Below are positions 26,271 to 35,799 of a DNA stretch of 64,000 nt, piece by piece. The stretch comes from a virus. Below the pieces are notes generated by a model. It was given only the letters and a program-made list of their open reading frames with translations. It ran no database searches and was not told where the DNA came from. Where the stretch lies: the IMG/VR virus record IMGVR_UViG_3300025108_004499; one strand, written 5' to 3'. A program made the translations under genes and the position numbers. Positions within the stretch are counted from its first letter, which is position 1, and each line of letters starts with the position of its first letter.

Positions 26271-27841
26271 GCTCTTGCGTATTGTGGAGTTGCTTTTTGT
26301 TGATCATCATTCCAAGTTATACCACCTTTGATCATAACATCACCGGCTTCAACTGCTTTTATCAACTCTGCTTGAGTACCAATTAGATAGTAATTCCTAT
26401 TCATAGAGTTTACAAACAATATGTTTTCTACTTCATCTTCTTTATTGTAACTATCATATGCTAGTGCAGAATAGTTAAGTTGAAACTTACTAACGTCGAT
26501 ACTGCCATCAGGTTCTACCATTGCAGAAATTCTTTTCTTCCAATTACTAACTTTTTTCCAACCATTAATAATACTTTTAAATGTTGCATCTAAAAGTTCT
26601 ACAGTGTCTTCAGGTTTGCCGTTTGGAATAAGAACTTCATTGTTTAAAACTTTTAACCCACTAGCATTAAAATTATACCTACTCGAAAGTTTCTTAGATA
26701 CTTTACCTTTTGAAGTCATTACGTTAAATGCACTCATGTAGCCTGGTTCTTTCATTGCACCTTTTTCGTCGTTTGGATTAATTTCTTTTATTTTAGGATT
26801 AATTCTTTTAACTTGTTTATTTAATTCTTGCCAACCAGAAGTACCAGCACCAATTCCTTTTGAATTTAACCTTGCTCCGTATAAACTACCTGGAGTCATT
26901 TGCTTACTATTGTATCCACTTCCTTTTAGTTCAAAGGCAACACCGTCTACTATTAGATCGCCTTTGTCATCTGCTTTTTTAGCAGGGTTACCTAATATTG
27001 CTAAACCTACTTCAGCAGGTCCATAATTTCCTGATGTTGTTCCGCCAGGAATAAACCCAAAGAATGCTGTTTTAATTTCTTCGTCAAATAAGTCTTTTAC
27101 GTCTTGATCTAGATTTTGATTAATATGATCATCAATCTTACCTTTCTTAGCCGCAACTAAACCTTTCATATCAATTACTTGACCTGCAATAGCATAATCT
27201 AAAAACTTATTAATTGTTTCTGGAGAAATATCTCTGTCCTCAACTGTGTTAATAATAGCTGTCATATGATTTAAAATACTTTTTTGTACAGCACTCATAT
27301 TAGTCTTATCTAATTGGCTTTCAGGAGTTAAACCTTCTGCTTTTTTAACAAGTAACTTTAATTTATTTCTTAATTCTCTTTTAAAGGTTTTTAGATCTTT
27401 TATAGTTTGCGTTCTTTCTTCGCCTCTTTCCTGTTTAATTTGTTCAGGAATTGCTTGTTCTAATGCTGAAATATCTTTTTGTAATTTCATAGCATCAGGA
27501 TTTTTACATACGTTTATTGGTTGCCCGCCACACATAGCATCAATGGTTTGCTTTATATTTGCAATAAGCATTTCTATTGGTGAAGTTGCTACAGCAACGT
27601 TTTCTTCAACAGACTCTTCTTTACCTTGATTAGCAAGAAGTTGTTTTGCTTTTTGTTGTAGTTTCTCTAACTGACTCTGAATTTTCTTATATATGCTAGG
27701 ATTTTCTTCTTTAGCATTATCTGCGGCAGTTGCAATGATGTCTAAGTTTTGATCTACATCGTCTTCAACTTTAGTAGGGCTAACAGCAGGTCTTAGAGCC
27801 TGTATTTCATCTTCACTTAATTTAAACTGACCGTAACGCAT
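26267..27841 (-). CDS. coiled-coil protein with putative PD-(D/E)XK nuclease domain
   Basis: GPAEVGLAIL...KGDLIVDGVAFELKG; MRYGQFKLSE start. Confidence 0.5.
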   Translation of the reverse strand: MRYGQFKLSEDEIQALRPAVSPTKVEDDVDQNLDIIATAADNAKEENPSIYKKIQSQLEKLQQKAKQLLANQGKEESVEENVAVATSPIEMLIANIKQTIDAMCGGQPINVCKNPDAMKLQKDISALEQAIPEQIKQERGEERTQTIKDLKTFKRELRNKLKLLVKKAEGLTPESQLDKTNMSAVQKSILNHMTAIINTVEDRDISPETINKFLDYAIAGQVIDMKGLVAAKKGKIDDHINQNLDQDVKDLFDEEIKTAFFGFIPGGTTSGNYGPAEVGLAILGNPAKKADDKGDLIVDGVAFELKGSGYNSKQMTPGSLYGARLNSKGIGAGTSGWQELNKQVKRINPKIKEINPNDEKGAMKEPGYMSAFNVMTSKGKVSKKLSSRYNFNASGLKVLNNEVLIPNGKPEDTVELLDATFKSIINGWKKVSNWKKRISAMVEPDGSIDVSKFQLNYSALAYDSYNKEDEVENILFVNSMNRNYYLIGTQAELIKAVEAGDVMIKGGITWNDDQQKATPQYARA

Positions 27842-28107
27842 TATACACTTACCTCAATATCAAAGTTATCATATCCTAAATCAAATAATTTGTTTGCTAT
27901 ATCTTCAGCAACTAAATCTGATTCTTCTTCGTCTAATTGTGCATGTGTTTCTACAGTAAGCACAGTTTTTCCATCTTCGCTTTCATTAAGACTATAATTT
28001 GTTTCACTTTCAAGCAATGCAGGTGAAGCCATAGTAGCTACTTCTGATACTACAATATCATCTAGTTCTTCTTTGTTATCAAAAATAACATTAATAAAAT
28101 TTTCCAT
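27841..28107 (-). CDS. hypothetical acidic protein
   Basis: 88 aa, TAATG-coupled to the downstream gene. Confidence 0.7.
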   Translation of the reverse strand: MENFINVIFDNKEELDDIVVSEVATMASPALLESETNYSLNESEDGKTVLTVETHAQLDEEESDLVAEDIANKLFDLGYDNFDIEVSV

Positions 28108-28115
28108 ATTACTTC

Positions 28116-28457
28116 CTAGTGATTAAGTCTAATGCTGTTTACAGTACCATCTGTGTATACTAGTTTTGCTCTAATATAAACAAAGTTACCTGTAAAGTTA
28201 GCATATTTAACGTCTGTTTGATTAGCAACGGTTACAGTATCTACGTCAAACCAGTCAGCGTCTGCTGGTGTAGTGGCTAGTGTTGCTTGTATAGTGATCG
28301 AACCTGTAAGACCTGCATAATCATACTGTACAGTATGAATACCATCTGATCTTCCATAGTATCCGTCACCCTTAAAATTACTTCCGGTTACAGTTTCAGT
28401 CGTACTGTCCCCTGGATGTGTGTTTGCTGATAAAATTATTTCGCTTGTGCTTGGCAT
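28116..28457 (-). CDS. putative virion beta-sandwich protein
   Basis: start moved to ATG 28457, 5 nt after ATAAATA; GDGYYG.SDG.HT, NFTGNFVYIRA. Confidence 0.6.
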   Translation of the reverse strand: MPSTSEIILSANTHPGDSTTETVTGSNFKGDGYYGRSDGIHTVQYDYAGLTGSITIQATLATTPADADWFDVDTVTVANQTDVKYANFTGNFVYIRAKLVYTDGTVNSIRLNH

Positions 28458-28461
28458 AATA

Positions 28462-29148
28462 CTATTTATGCAAATCGTTGCGTGAAACATATTTTATCAC
28501 ACGACGGATTTGACCTCCTAATGCTATTTTTGCTAACATAAGGTAACGTTCATTTTTAGCATAGAAGTAAAACCCTTCAGCAAAATGATTGTTACGTACA
28601 ACACGTTTAGCAACATTGCCTATTTTAAAGCCGTCTGGATTATTTTCACAGTAGTCTGCAAAATTAGGGTCAACTTTTTTACCTAGTAATGCTTTATATT
28701 GCCATACAACTTCCCCATCAACTAGTTCTGTGTTTGCATTTTGTAAAAGGTAATCAAATACATAATCATTTTCAGGCTCATACCATTGTGTAGCATCAAC
28801 TTGTTTTTGTAATTTTTCTAACCATTCAGGTTCGTTTGAATACATATCTAATGTGTATCCTTCGCAACGTACCATAGCATGTCTTTTATTTTTTTCTAGT
28901 GCATTGTATAAAACACAAGCATCCATAAATGTTTCTAATGTAACAGTTGTATTATGTTTACGCAACACATGATTAAAAGGACTTTGTATAGGTAATTCTG
29001 CTTCAGCATCTCTCTGCATAGCATCTAGTTTTGATTTAACATAACCTAAGTTAAGTCCTCGAAAGAGCGATGCAATACCGCTCTTTACACGAAGTTTGTA
29101 TAGGTACTTGTTATAGAATAACTTAGTTGTGTATAGCTTCTGTAACAT
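28462..29148 (-). CDS. hypothetical protein
   Basis: 228 aa ORF downstream of clpA. Confidence 0.7.
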   Translation of the reverse strand: MLQKLYTTKLFYNKYLYKLRVKSGIASLFRGLNLGYVKSKLDAMQRDAEAELPIQSPFNHVLRKHNTTVTLETFMDACVLYNALEKNKRHAMVRCEGYTLDMYSNEPEWLEKLQKQVDATQWYEPENDYVFDYLLQNANTELVDGEVVWQYKALLGKKVDPNFADYCENNPDGFKIGNVAKRVVRNNHFAEGFYFYAKNERYLMLAKIALGGQIRRVIKYVSRNDLHK

Positions 29149-31381
29149 CTTTTACCTTTTCTTTGATAGGTTCTAGATGCAATTTATTATCAGCAACATC
29201 AATCTTTAAAGTACCGCCATCTTTGAGATCGCCAAATAATAGCATCTTACTTAGTGGACGTTTGATTTCTTTATCAATATATCTGTGCATTGGTCTTGCA
29301 CCCATCTTACTATCAAACCCATTTTCTACAAGATGATCAAGAGCATCGTCACTAATTTGACAAACAACATTTTTATCATCAAGCATTGTTCTAAGTTCAA
29401 GTAAGAACTTACCAACAATTTTTAACATAATAGGTTTTTCTAATTTACCAAATGTAACTACACCATCAAGTCTATTTCTAAATTCTGGAGCAAAGAAACG
29501 TTTGAATTCTTCATCGCCATAGTCTCCAGCAAAGTCTTGACTAAATCCAATAGTGTTTTTCTCAGCTTGTTCTGCACCTAAGTTAGTTGTAAGGATTAAG
29601 ATACAATTACGTGCATCAGCCTCTTTACCGTCACTTCCAGTAATCTTACCATTGTCCATAATCTGTAAAAGAATTTGTGCAATGTCTGGGTGTGCTTTTT
29701 CAATCTCATCAAGCAATAGAACACAGTTAGGATGTTCTTGTAGTTGATTAATCAACTGTCCTGAATGCTCGTCGTGTCCAACGTAGCCTGGAGGAGAACC
29801 AATTAATTTACTTACACTATGCTTTTCTTGATATTCTGACATATCAAAACGTGCAAGATGTATACTTAGATTCTTTGCAAGTTGTTTAGCAAGTTCAGTC
29901 TTACCAACACCTGTTGGACCCATGAATACAAATGATCCAATTGGCTTTTCTTCTGACTTAAGGCCTGCTTGTGCAACAAGAATCTTATCAACAATTTCTT
30001 CAATAGCATCATCTTGTCCGTAAACATTAAGTTTAAGATTATGGTCAAGACTTGCTAAATTATTAGTTTCTTTTTGTTGTATTTGTTCTGGAGGAAGATT
30101 TACAAACTTAGCAAGTTCAAATTTAATCTCTTCAGGACCAACAACACGATCTCCTGTAGCATTGTTTACTTTGAAACGTGAACATGCTAGGTCAATCAAG
30201 TCAATTGCTTTGTCAGGCAATTTCTTATCAGTAATATATTTTATTGAAAGTTTAACTGCTTCGTCAATTGCTTCTTCTGTAATAATTGTTTCGTGAAATT
30301 CTTCGTAGTACTTCTTAATACCATGTAAGATATCTGTTGTTGTTTTCTTATCAGGCTCGTCAACACTTACACGTTGGAATCTACGCATCAATGCACGATC
30401 CTTTTCAAAGTATTTACGATACTCGTCCCATGTAGTTGATGCAACAACTTTAATATCGCCTTTACCTAGTGCAGGCTTTAACATATTTGCTAGATCATTA
30501 CTACTGTTTGATCCGCCAGCACCAGCACCATTCATCATGTGTGCTTCGTCAATGAATACAATCGTTTTGCCTTGACGTTTAATAGCGGCCATAACTAATT
30601 TAAAACGTTCTTCAAAGTCTCCGCGGTATTTACTACCTGCTAACATAGCACCAATGTCTAAGTTGTATACTGAATACTCCTCAAGGAACGTTGGAACATC
30701 TTTATTAACAATACGATATGCTAGTCCTTCTGCAATAGCAGTTTTACCAACACCCGGATCACCTACTAATAGTACGTTGTTCTTTCCTCGACGTCCTAAT
30801 GACAAACAAATGCTTTCAATCTCGTCTTTGCGTCCAATAACAGGATCAATCTTACCATCTACAACTTCTTGATTTAAATTTGATGTAAATGCTTTAAGAG
30901 CCCGTTGTGCATGTCCTGCCATTTCTTCATCTTCAGCAGAGCCTACAAATTCGTTGTTAATATATGTGTTAAATGCTTCTTTTTCAACACCTGCTTTTGT
31001 AAGTGTATATGTTGAAAAACTTTTCTTTTCGTTTAGTAACGAAACAAATACATCACAAATATCAATATGCTGTCTACCACTAAACAATACTTGCGTAAAT
31101 GCTCTATTCATTACACGTTCTACTGTTTGTGTTTTCTTTGGCTTATATTTTGTGCCTGCAGGAACTTTAATATCATCAAGTTTTGTTTGAAGATAAGTTA
31201 AGATATCATTCTGCAAAGGTTGAACATCAATACCAAAACCTTTTAAGATATTTGTAAAATTTTCTGTGCATAGCATTGCAAACAACAGATGTTCTAATGT
31301 AACATATTCATGTTCCAATCTTTTAGCATCTTTAATTGCTTTGTCAAATACTACCTGTAACTCTTCGCTCGGTTCAACCAT
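29123..31381 (-). CDS. clpA: ATP-dependent Clp protease ATPase subunit ClpA
   Basis: Clp N-domain (HEYVTLEHLL), two AAA modules (GDPGVGKT, GPTGVGKT), no middle domain, IGF ClpP-docking loop. Confidence 0.93.
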   Translation of the reverse strand: MVEPSEELQVVFDKAIKDAKRLEHEYVTLEHLLFAMLCTENFTNILKGFGIDVQPLQNDILTYLQTKLDDIKVPAGTKYKPKKTQTVERVMNRAFTQVLFSGRQHIDICDVFVSLLNEKKSFSTYTLTKAGVEKEAFNTYINNEFVGSAEDEEMAGHAQRALKAFTSNLNQEVVDGKIDPVIGRKDEIESICLSLGRRGKNNVLLVGDPGVGKTAIAEGLAYRIVNKDVPTFLEEYSVYNLDIGAMLAGSKYRGDFEERFKLVMAAIKRQGKTIVFIDEAHMMNGAGAGGSNSSNDLANMLKPALGKGDIKVVASTTWDEYRKYFEKDRALMRRFQRVSVDEPDKKTTTDILHGIKKYYEEFHETIITEEAIDEAVKLSIKYITDKKLPDKAIDLIDLACSRFKVNNATGDRVVGPEEIKFELAKFVNLPPEQIQQKETNNLASLDHNLKLNVYGQDDAIEEIVDKILVAQAGLKSEEKPIGSFVFMGPTGVGKTELAKQLAKNLSIHLARFDMSEYQEKHSVSKLIGSPPGYVGHDEHSGQLINQLQEHPNCVLLLDEIEKAHPDIAQILLQIMDNGKITGSDGKEADARNCILILTTNLGAEQAEKNTIGFSQDFAGDYGDEEFKRFFAPEFRNRLDGVVTFGKLEKPIMLKIVGKFLLELRTMLDDKNVVCQISDDALDHLVENGFDSKMGARPMHRYIDKEIKRPLSKMLLFGDLKDGGTLKIDVADNKLHLEPIKEKVKDVTEAIHN

Positions 31382-31414
31382 AAATCATTATTCCTTTTCT
31401 ATAACTGTATTTAC

Positions 31415-31443
31415 ATTATACGATATCATAGTATTAAAGTCAA
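31415..31443 (-). promoter_or_regulatory. sigma70 promoter of clpA with adjacent late-like GTAAATA
   Basis: TTGACT-17 nt-TATAAT; GTAAATA at 31414-31408. Confidence 0.8.
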
Positions 31444-32252
31444 CTATATTTTTTGCCAATTTGCTCAATAAGTCTCTTGTCCATTTCACTGAGCCCTGAC
31501 GGTGTTTGACCTATAATTTTAACTAAGATATTTCCTGGGTTGCCTTGTCTGTTTGGTAAGCCTTTGCCTGTAATTTTTAATATTGTGCCTGGTTGAGTTC
31601 CTCCGGGTATATTTAGATTAACTTTAGCACCACCCGGAACACTAATTGTAGTATATAAACCAGTAATTAGTTTTAAAACGTTCAATCTCTTCGTAGTAAT
31701 TAAATCTAATCCATGCACTTCAAACTCATTTGTGGATTGTACTACTACTTGTACAAATAAGTCTCCCGGCGGTACTTGCTGAATGTCTTGTTGACCCATT
31801 GCTGAGTATCTTACTTTGTCACCATTCCGCACACCTACAGGTATTTTAATATCAACAGTTTGTTCTAATCCGTTATTAAGCCTGTATGTAGCAAGAACAT
31901 TTTTACCAGTGTAAACTTCACCAATACTAATGTTACAACCTATCGTAATATCTTGATTACGCATTTGCCTACCACCAAATCCAAATTGGCCCATTAGATC
32001 ATTAATGTCAAAGCCGCCTTGAAATCCCCCTTGGTTAAAATGTTGTGAATTAAACTGTGGTTGTGGATTATCGTATGCTTGTCGTTTTTGTGGATCTTTT
32101 AGTGTGCTGTATGCTTCGTTAACTTGCTTAAACTTTTCGTCACTACCACCTGTACGATCAGGGTGGTGTTGCATACTTAATTTCTTATATGCTTGTTTAA
32201 GTTCTTTGTCCGAAGCGTTTCGATTAACACCTAATATATTGTAATAGTCCAT
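31440..32252 (-). CDS. dnaJ: DnaJ-class chaperone (CbpA-like, no Zn finger)
   Basis: J-domain with HPD, G/F-rich linker, C-terminal domain. Confidence 0.92.
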   Translation of the reverse strand: MDYYNILGVNRNASDKELKQAYKKLSMQHHPDRTGGSDEKFKQVNEAYSTLKDPQKRQAYDNPQPQFNSQHFNQGGFQGGFDINDLMGQFGFGGRQMRNQDITIGCNISIGEVYTGKNVLATYRLNNGLEQTVDIKIPVGVRNGDKVRYSAMGQQDIQQVPPGDLFVQVVVQSTNEFEVHGLDLITTKRLNVLKLITGLYTTISVPGGAKVNLNIPGGTQPGTILKITGKGLPNRQGNPGNILVKIIGQTPSGLSEMDKRLIEQIGKKYS

Positions 32253-32269
32253 ACTATTACTTATAGAAA

Positions 32270-32656
32270 CTATTTCTTAGATTTACTAGATCCGGTGTAT
32301 AGTCCAAACCATGCCGCACCGGCACCTACAACAATACTAACAAGTCCGCTTTGTTCAAAACTTGGAGCATCTAAATTCATAAACCATATTACTACTTTAT
32401 ATAATAGTACAATGTAAACAGTTAAGAATGCTCTTGGAAAAATTCTCCAAGCATCAATTGCTCTTGCTAAATGTATTAACCTAGCATATGGATTAGGACC
32501 TAAGTCTTTTACACTTGTATCTACTTCTAAGTCTAGTTTGACTTTGCGTGTTGTACTATCTTGTGTAGCAACTACTACTGCGTCTGGCTTTGTTTCTGCT
32601 ACTGGAGCAGGAGCCGCCTCTGGTTTATTCAAATCTTCTGGCTTCTTTCTTGGCAT
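32270..32656 (-). CDS. two-TM membrane protein, holin candidate
   Basis: DAWRIFPR followed by two hydrophobic helices; in lysis region. Confidence 0.5.
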   Translation of the reverse strand: MPRKKPEDLNKPEAAPAPVAETKPDAVVVATQDSTTRKVKLDLEVDTSVKDLGPNPYARLIHLARAIDAWRIFPRAFLTVYIVLLYKVVIWFMNLDAPSFEQSGLVSIVVGAGAAWFGLYTGSSKSKK

Positions 32657-32937
32657 TATCTTTTCCCCTCAAGATGTTTGATACGCTTTTCAAGCTCATC
32701 TATTTTAGATGTAATTTTTGGATATTTCACACGCCAAGCATTTGGATCATTTTGTAACCATGTCCAACCCCAACGTATTGCTAGGTATTCTAGTGTGGCA
32801 TCAAACTTTGTTACAGCCCATGTTGCCATTTTTGTATCTTTGAACCAGAATAAAAATCCTGCACCAAATACTGATCCAGCTAATGCTGTATAAATCCATA
32901 AGCGATTGCTCGCCATTTGTTCAATCATTTCCCACAT
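32656..32937 (-). CDS. membrane protein
   Basis: single TM and C-terminal coiled coil; GAGGG SD; upstream ATAAATA. Confidence 0.6.
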   Translation of the reverse strand: MWEMIEQMASNRLWIYTALAGSVFGAGFLFWFKDTKMATWAVTKFDATLEYLAIRWGWTWLQNDPNAWRVKYPKITSKIDELEKRIKHLEGKR

Positions 32938-32969
32938 AGTATTCCCTCATTATTATGTATGTATTTATG

Positions 32970-33128
32970 TCAAAAATCACAGGCTAAAGTCGCACCGGGC
33001 GTCACTTCGATATTACGTTTACCGTCTATAGTTACTTTTGGATTTGGTTTGGCTTCGCAATCCATTTGTTTTGCACATCCACTAGTCAGTATTAATGACA
33101 GTAGGGCAACAACAAATAATTTATTCAT
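32970..33128 (-). CDS. small lipoprotein, 52 aa (not in ORF track)
   Basis: MNKLFVVALLSLILTSGC lipobox; TAATG-coupled to the o-spanin candidate. Confidence 0.7.
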   Translation of the reverse strand: MNKLFVVALLSLILTSGCAKQMDCEAKPNPKVTIDGKRNIEVTPGATLACDF

Positions 33129-33604
33129 TATTTGAATGGATTGATCTTATTTAAAATAGAGTCTTCTGGAGTAGAATTTTGCTTGTCGACTTCTTCTTTA
33201 GCACCTTGGATTTCACTGTTTGCATCTTCTAGTGCCTGTTCTGATTCTTCGTAGTAATTTTGGTAAGCGGCAATGATTGCTTTTTGCTGTTGTAACAGTT
33301 TCATAATATCGCTTATGTTCATTGCAAGTATTTCGTAGCCATCATCAGTTAATCCAATTAGTACAGGATCTTTTTTATCTTTTTTTAGTCTTTCCCAAAC
33401 TTCTTGAGCATTTTCTTCGTTAATAACTACCCATTCTAAATCTTTTAAGCGTAATTCATCTGCTGGTGGTAAAACTAATTTAGGTTTTTCAATTGGCTTT
33501 GCACTTATTTCAATTTGTCTTGGAGTTGATGTACAACTAGATAAAACAAACGCCGCCAATAATATAACTAAAACTATTACACCTCTGCCTACATGTCTGT
33601 TCAT
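33128..33604 (-). CDS. outer-membrane spanin-like lipoprotein
   Basis: signal peptide with VLSSC lipobox, Pro-rich segment, coiled coil; ATGA overlap with the upstream gene. Confidence 0.65.
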   Translation of the reverse strand: MNRHVGRGVIVLVILLAAFVLSSCTSTPRQIEISAKPIEKPKLVLPPADELRLKDLEWVVINEENAQEVWERLKKDKKDPVLIGLTDDGYEILAMNISDIMKLLQQQKAIIAAYQNYYEESEQALEDANSEIQGAKEEVDKQNSTPEDSILNKINPFK

Positions 33605-34098
33605 AAGTTCTTCCTTTTCCATGCATCTGATTGTATGTTAGGATCAAAGTTTGGATTTGCTGTGCGCCAACATTCGTTGTTTATTTCACTAGGCTTAGTT
33701 GCACTAAGTTCTTTTTCAGTCAATGCACTACCACTAAAAATTTCTAAACAACGCTGTGCATTTTTAGTTGCATTGTTTAAAACCTTTTCAGTTAAACCAG
33801 GCTTAGCAACTCCACTTGCGCCAATGTCGTGTCTAGAAAGTCTATTTTCTAGTGAACGATTTCTGTTGTTTATTTCTTTAAACTGTTCTTGTAGTTTATT
33901 GTTTTCTACAACCATTGCTTCAAAAGAAGCCCTTTGCGATGCTAGAGCTTCTTCATTTGTTTGGACTGCTGTTTCTAGTTTTGCGTTATTTTCGTTTAAG
34001 ATAGCAATACGTTCTTGTGTGTCATTATAATACCAATAGGCGCCACCGCTCATGGCACACATTAAAACAAACATTACTAATGCTAACTTTGCACCCAT
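33601..34098 (-). CDS. inner-membrane spanin-like protein
   Basis: N-terminal TM and long coiled coil, directly after the endolysin. Confidence 0.65.
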   Translation of the reverse strand: MGAKLALVMFVLMCAMSGGAYWYYNDTQERIAILNENNAKLETAVQTNEEALASQRASFEAMVVENNKLQEQFKEINNRNRSLENRLSRHDIGASGVAKPGLTEKVLNNATKNAQRCLEIFSGSALTEKELSATKPSEINNECWRTANPNFDPNIQSDAWKRKNL

Positions 34099-34103
34099 AC
34101 CGC

Positions 34104-34952
34104 CTACCCTAGTAACTTTCCCAATGTTTTTGGTCCTACAATACCGTCAGCAGTAAGTCCGTTTGAACTCTGCCATTCTTTAACAATACGTGCAGTGCCT
34201 GGACCAAAGATTCCATCAGCAGGTGAAATATCAAGTTTCTCTTGTACTTCTGCTACTAGTGGACCACGTGATCCTTGCCTAATTGTTTGATTGTAATCTA
34301 CCTCTGGCTCTTCAAAGTCGCCACCTAGTACATCCATTGCATGTAGGTAATGTTTCTTGCGATCATCTAAACCAATAGTTCCGCCGTTAATACGTTTTGT
34401 TGCGCCTACAATATCCATAGCATCACAATACTTGTTTAAGTTGTTTGTATCCCAGAACCAACATGCTGAGTCTAGTGCGCCTTTCTTAGTGCGTACATAA
34501 TCAGTTGCTTCTTCCGGAGTCATTTCCATTTCTTTAGCAAACTGTGTATAATTGTAACGTCCAGTTAACTGAAGTATACCACCACCGCGAAAGCGCCAGC
34601 CGTCACCACTAGCAGTATCGCCGTTGTCCATACGTGAAGCGTAAATAACGTTTGCGATTTTTTCAGGTTGTCTATGATATTCATTTGCATCTCTATTTGC
34701 TCTCCTAAAATATTTAGGAAAAATTGTATTCAATGCTTTGGCGCTATAGTTCAAGTTTTCACTTAGTACTCTAAAGCCGCCACTCTCGTGTCCACATTGT
34801 GCTACAAACATTGCTACACGCTCTGCTGTATTCACTTCCCATAATGGTAAGATCTCGCACATTGCGTTGTACCAATCTTTCCAATCGTCTCTATGAATAA
34901 GCTCTTCAGCCATCCATTCTTCGAAATCAAATTTAAAGTGTTCTTTAGCCAT
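34104..34952 (-). CDS. GH19 endolysin with C-terminal peptidoglycan-binding domain
   Basis: AQCGHESGG, ENLNY, FRGGG.LQLTGRYNY, INGG..GL.DR; DGIFGPGT and DGIVGPKT repeats. Confidence 0.92.
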   Translation of the reverse strand: MAKEHFKFDFEEWMAEELIHRDDWKDWYNAMCEILPLWEVNTAERVAMFVAQCGHESGGFRVLSENLNYSAKALNTIFPKYFRRANRDANEYHRQPEKIANVIYASRMDNGDTASGDGWRFRGGGILQLTGRYNYTQFAKEMEMTPEEATDYVRTKKGALDSACWFWDTNNLNKYCDAMDIVGATKRINGGTIGLDDRKKHYLHAMDVLGGDFEEPEVDYNQTIRQGSRGPLVAEVQEKLDISPADGIFGPGTARIVKEWQSSNGLTADGIVGPKTLGKLLG

Positions 34953-35100
34953 TTTCTTTTGTATCCTTTATTTGGCATGCCATACATCGACATTGCTCAC
35001 ATACTTTGATATTTATAGTTTGATTGTCGCCGTCTTTATGATCTTTGAATAAACTTGTTCCACAATGTGATTCGTGTCCGCAATTTTGACAGTTATTCAT
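34945..35100 (-). CDS. small Cys/His-rich Zn-binding protein, 51 aa (not in ORF track)
   Basis: MNNCQNCGHESHCG...VCEQCRCMAC; fills the gap between neighbours. Confidence 0.7.
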   Translation of the reverse strand: MNNCQNCGHESHCGTSLFKDHKDGDNQTINIKVCEQCRCMACQIKDTKENG

Positions 35101-35799
35101 TTAGATCCTTTTTAAATGTAAACTATAACCTTCGTTAGTTAGTATAACATTTTCACCATACTTAGTAATATTATAGTCTCCTAGTACTTTAGTAAGGAAA
35201 ATAACTTCACTCATGTCTTTCATGTTAATAGTTTCATTAATTACTGTATCTTTACCAAAGTCTGTTACTTCAAATCTTAGTGGCTGTGCATAAGTGTTTT
35301 TAACAATTAGTGTTTCACCTAGCATATCAATAGATTCGGCATAACTTTTAGTAAAGAAGTTTTTATAGTTTTCATACTGTGTTTCGTTAACAGCAATATC
35401 GTAACTTTCTTTATCAACAGGTATAGTTGCTAAATTTTCTTCGTCAAGTTCTTTACTTCTAAAGTTCTTGTAATATCTAAACTTCATTTTTTCTAAATCA
35501 GCTAGTTTACTTACACCGTCAGCAATTTCTATAATTTGCATTGGTATATCTTTGTTACGTTCCATTTCAACAAATACTTTGTACGTACCATCTGACTGTT
35601 CTCCTGAAGTAACATCAGCATCAAGCACAAACGGATAACCTTTTTCAATAAAGTTTTCTAAATCTTTTGCAGGTTCTTGTCCGTGTACACTAAATGCTAG
35701 TGTAACAATATCAGAATCTTCACCCATTTTTGATTTATAAGAATCAATTTCGATAATCTTATCTACTAAATGTCCTAGATCGTTTTTAAGTAAACCCAT
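35101..35799 (-). CDS. hypothetical phage protein
   Basis: 232 aa ORF, TAATG-coupled. Confidence 0.75.
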   Translation of the reverse strand: MGLLKNDLGHLVDKIIEIDSYKSKMGEDSDIVTLAFSVHGQEPAKDLENFIEKGYPFVLDADVTSGEQSDGTYKVFVEMERNKDIPMQIIEIADGVSKLADLEKMKFRYYKNFRSKELDEENLATIPVDKESYDIAVNETQYENYKNFFTKSYAESIDMLGETLIVKNTYAQPLRFEVTDFGKDTVINETINMKDMSEVIFLTKVLGDYNITKYGENVILTNEGYSLHLKRI

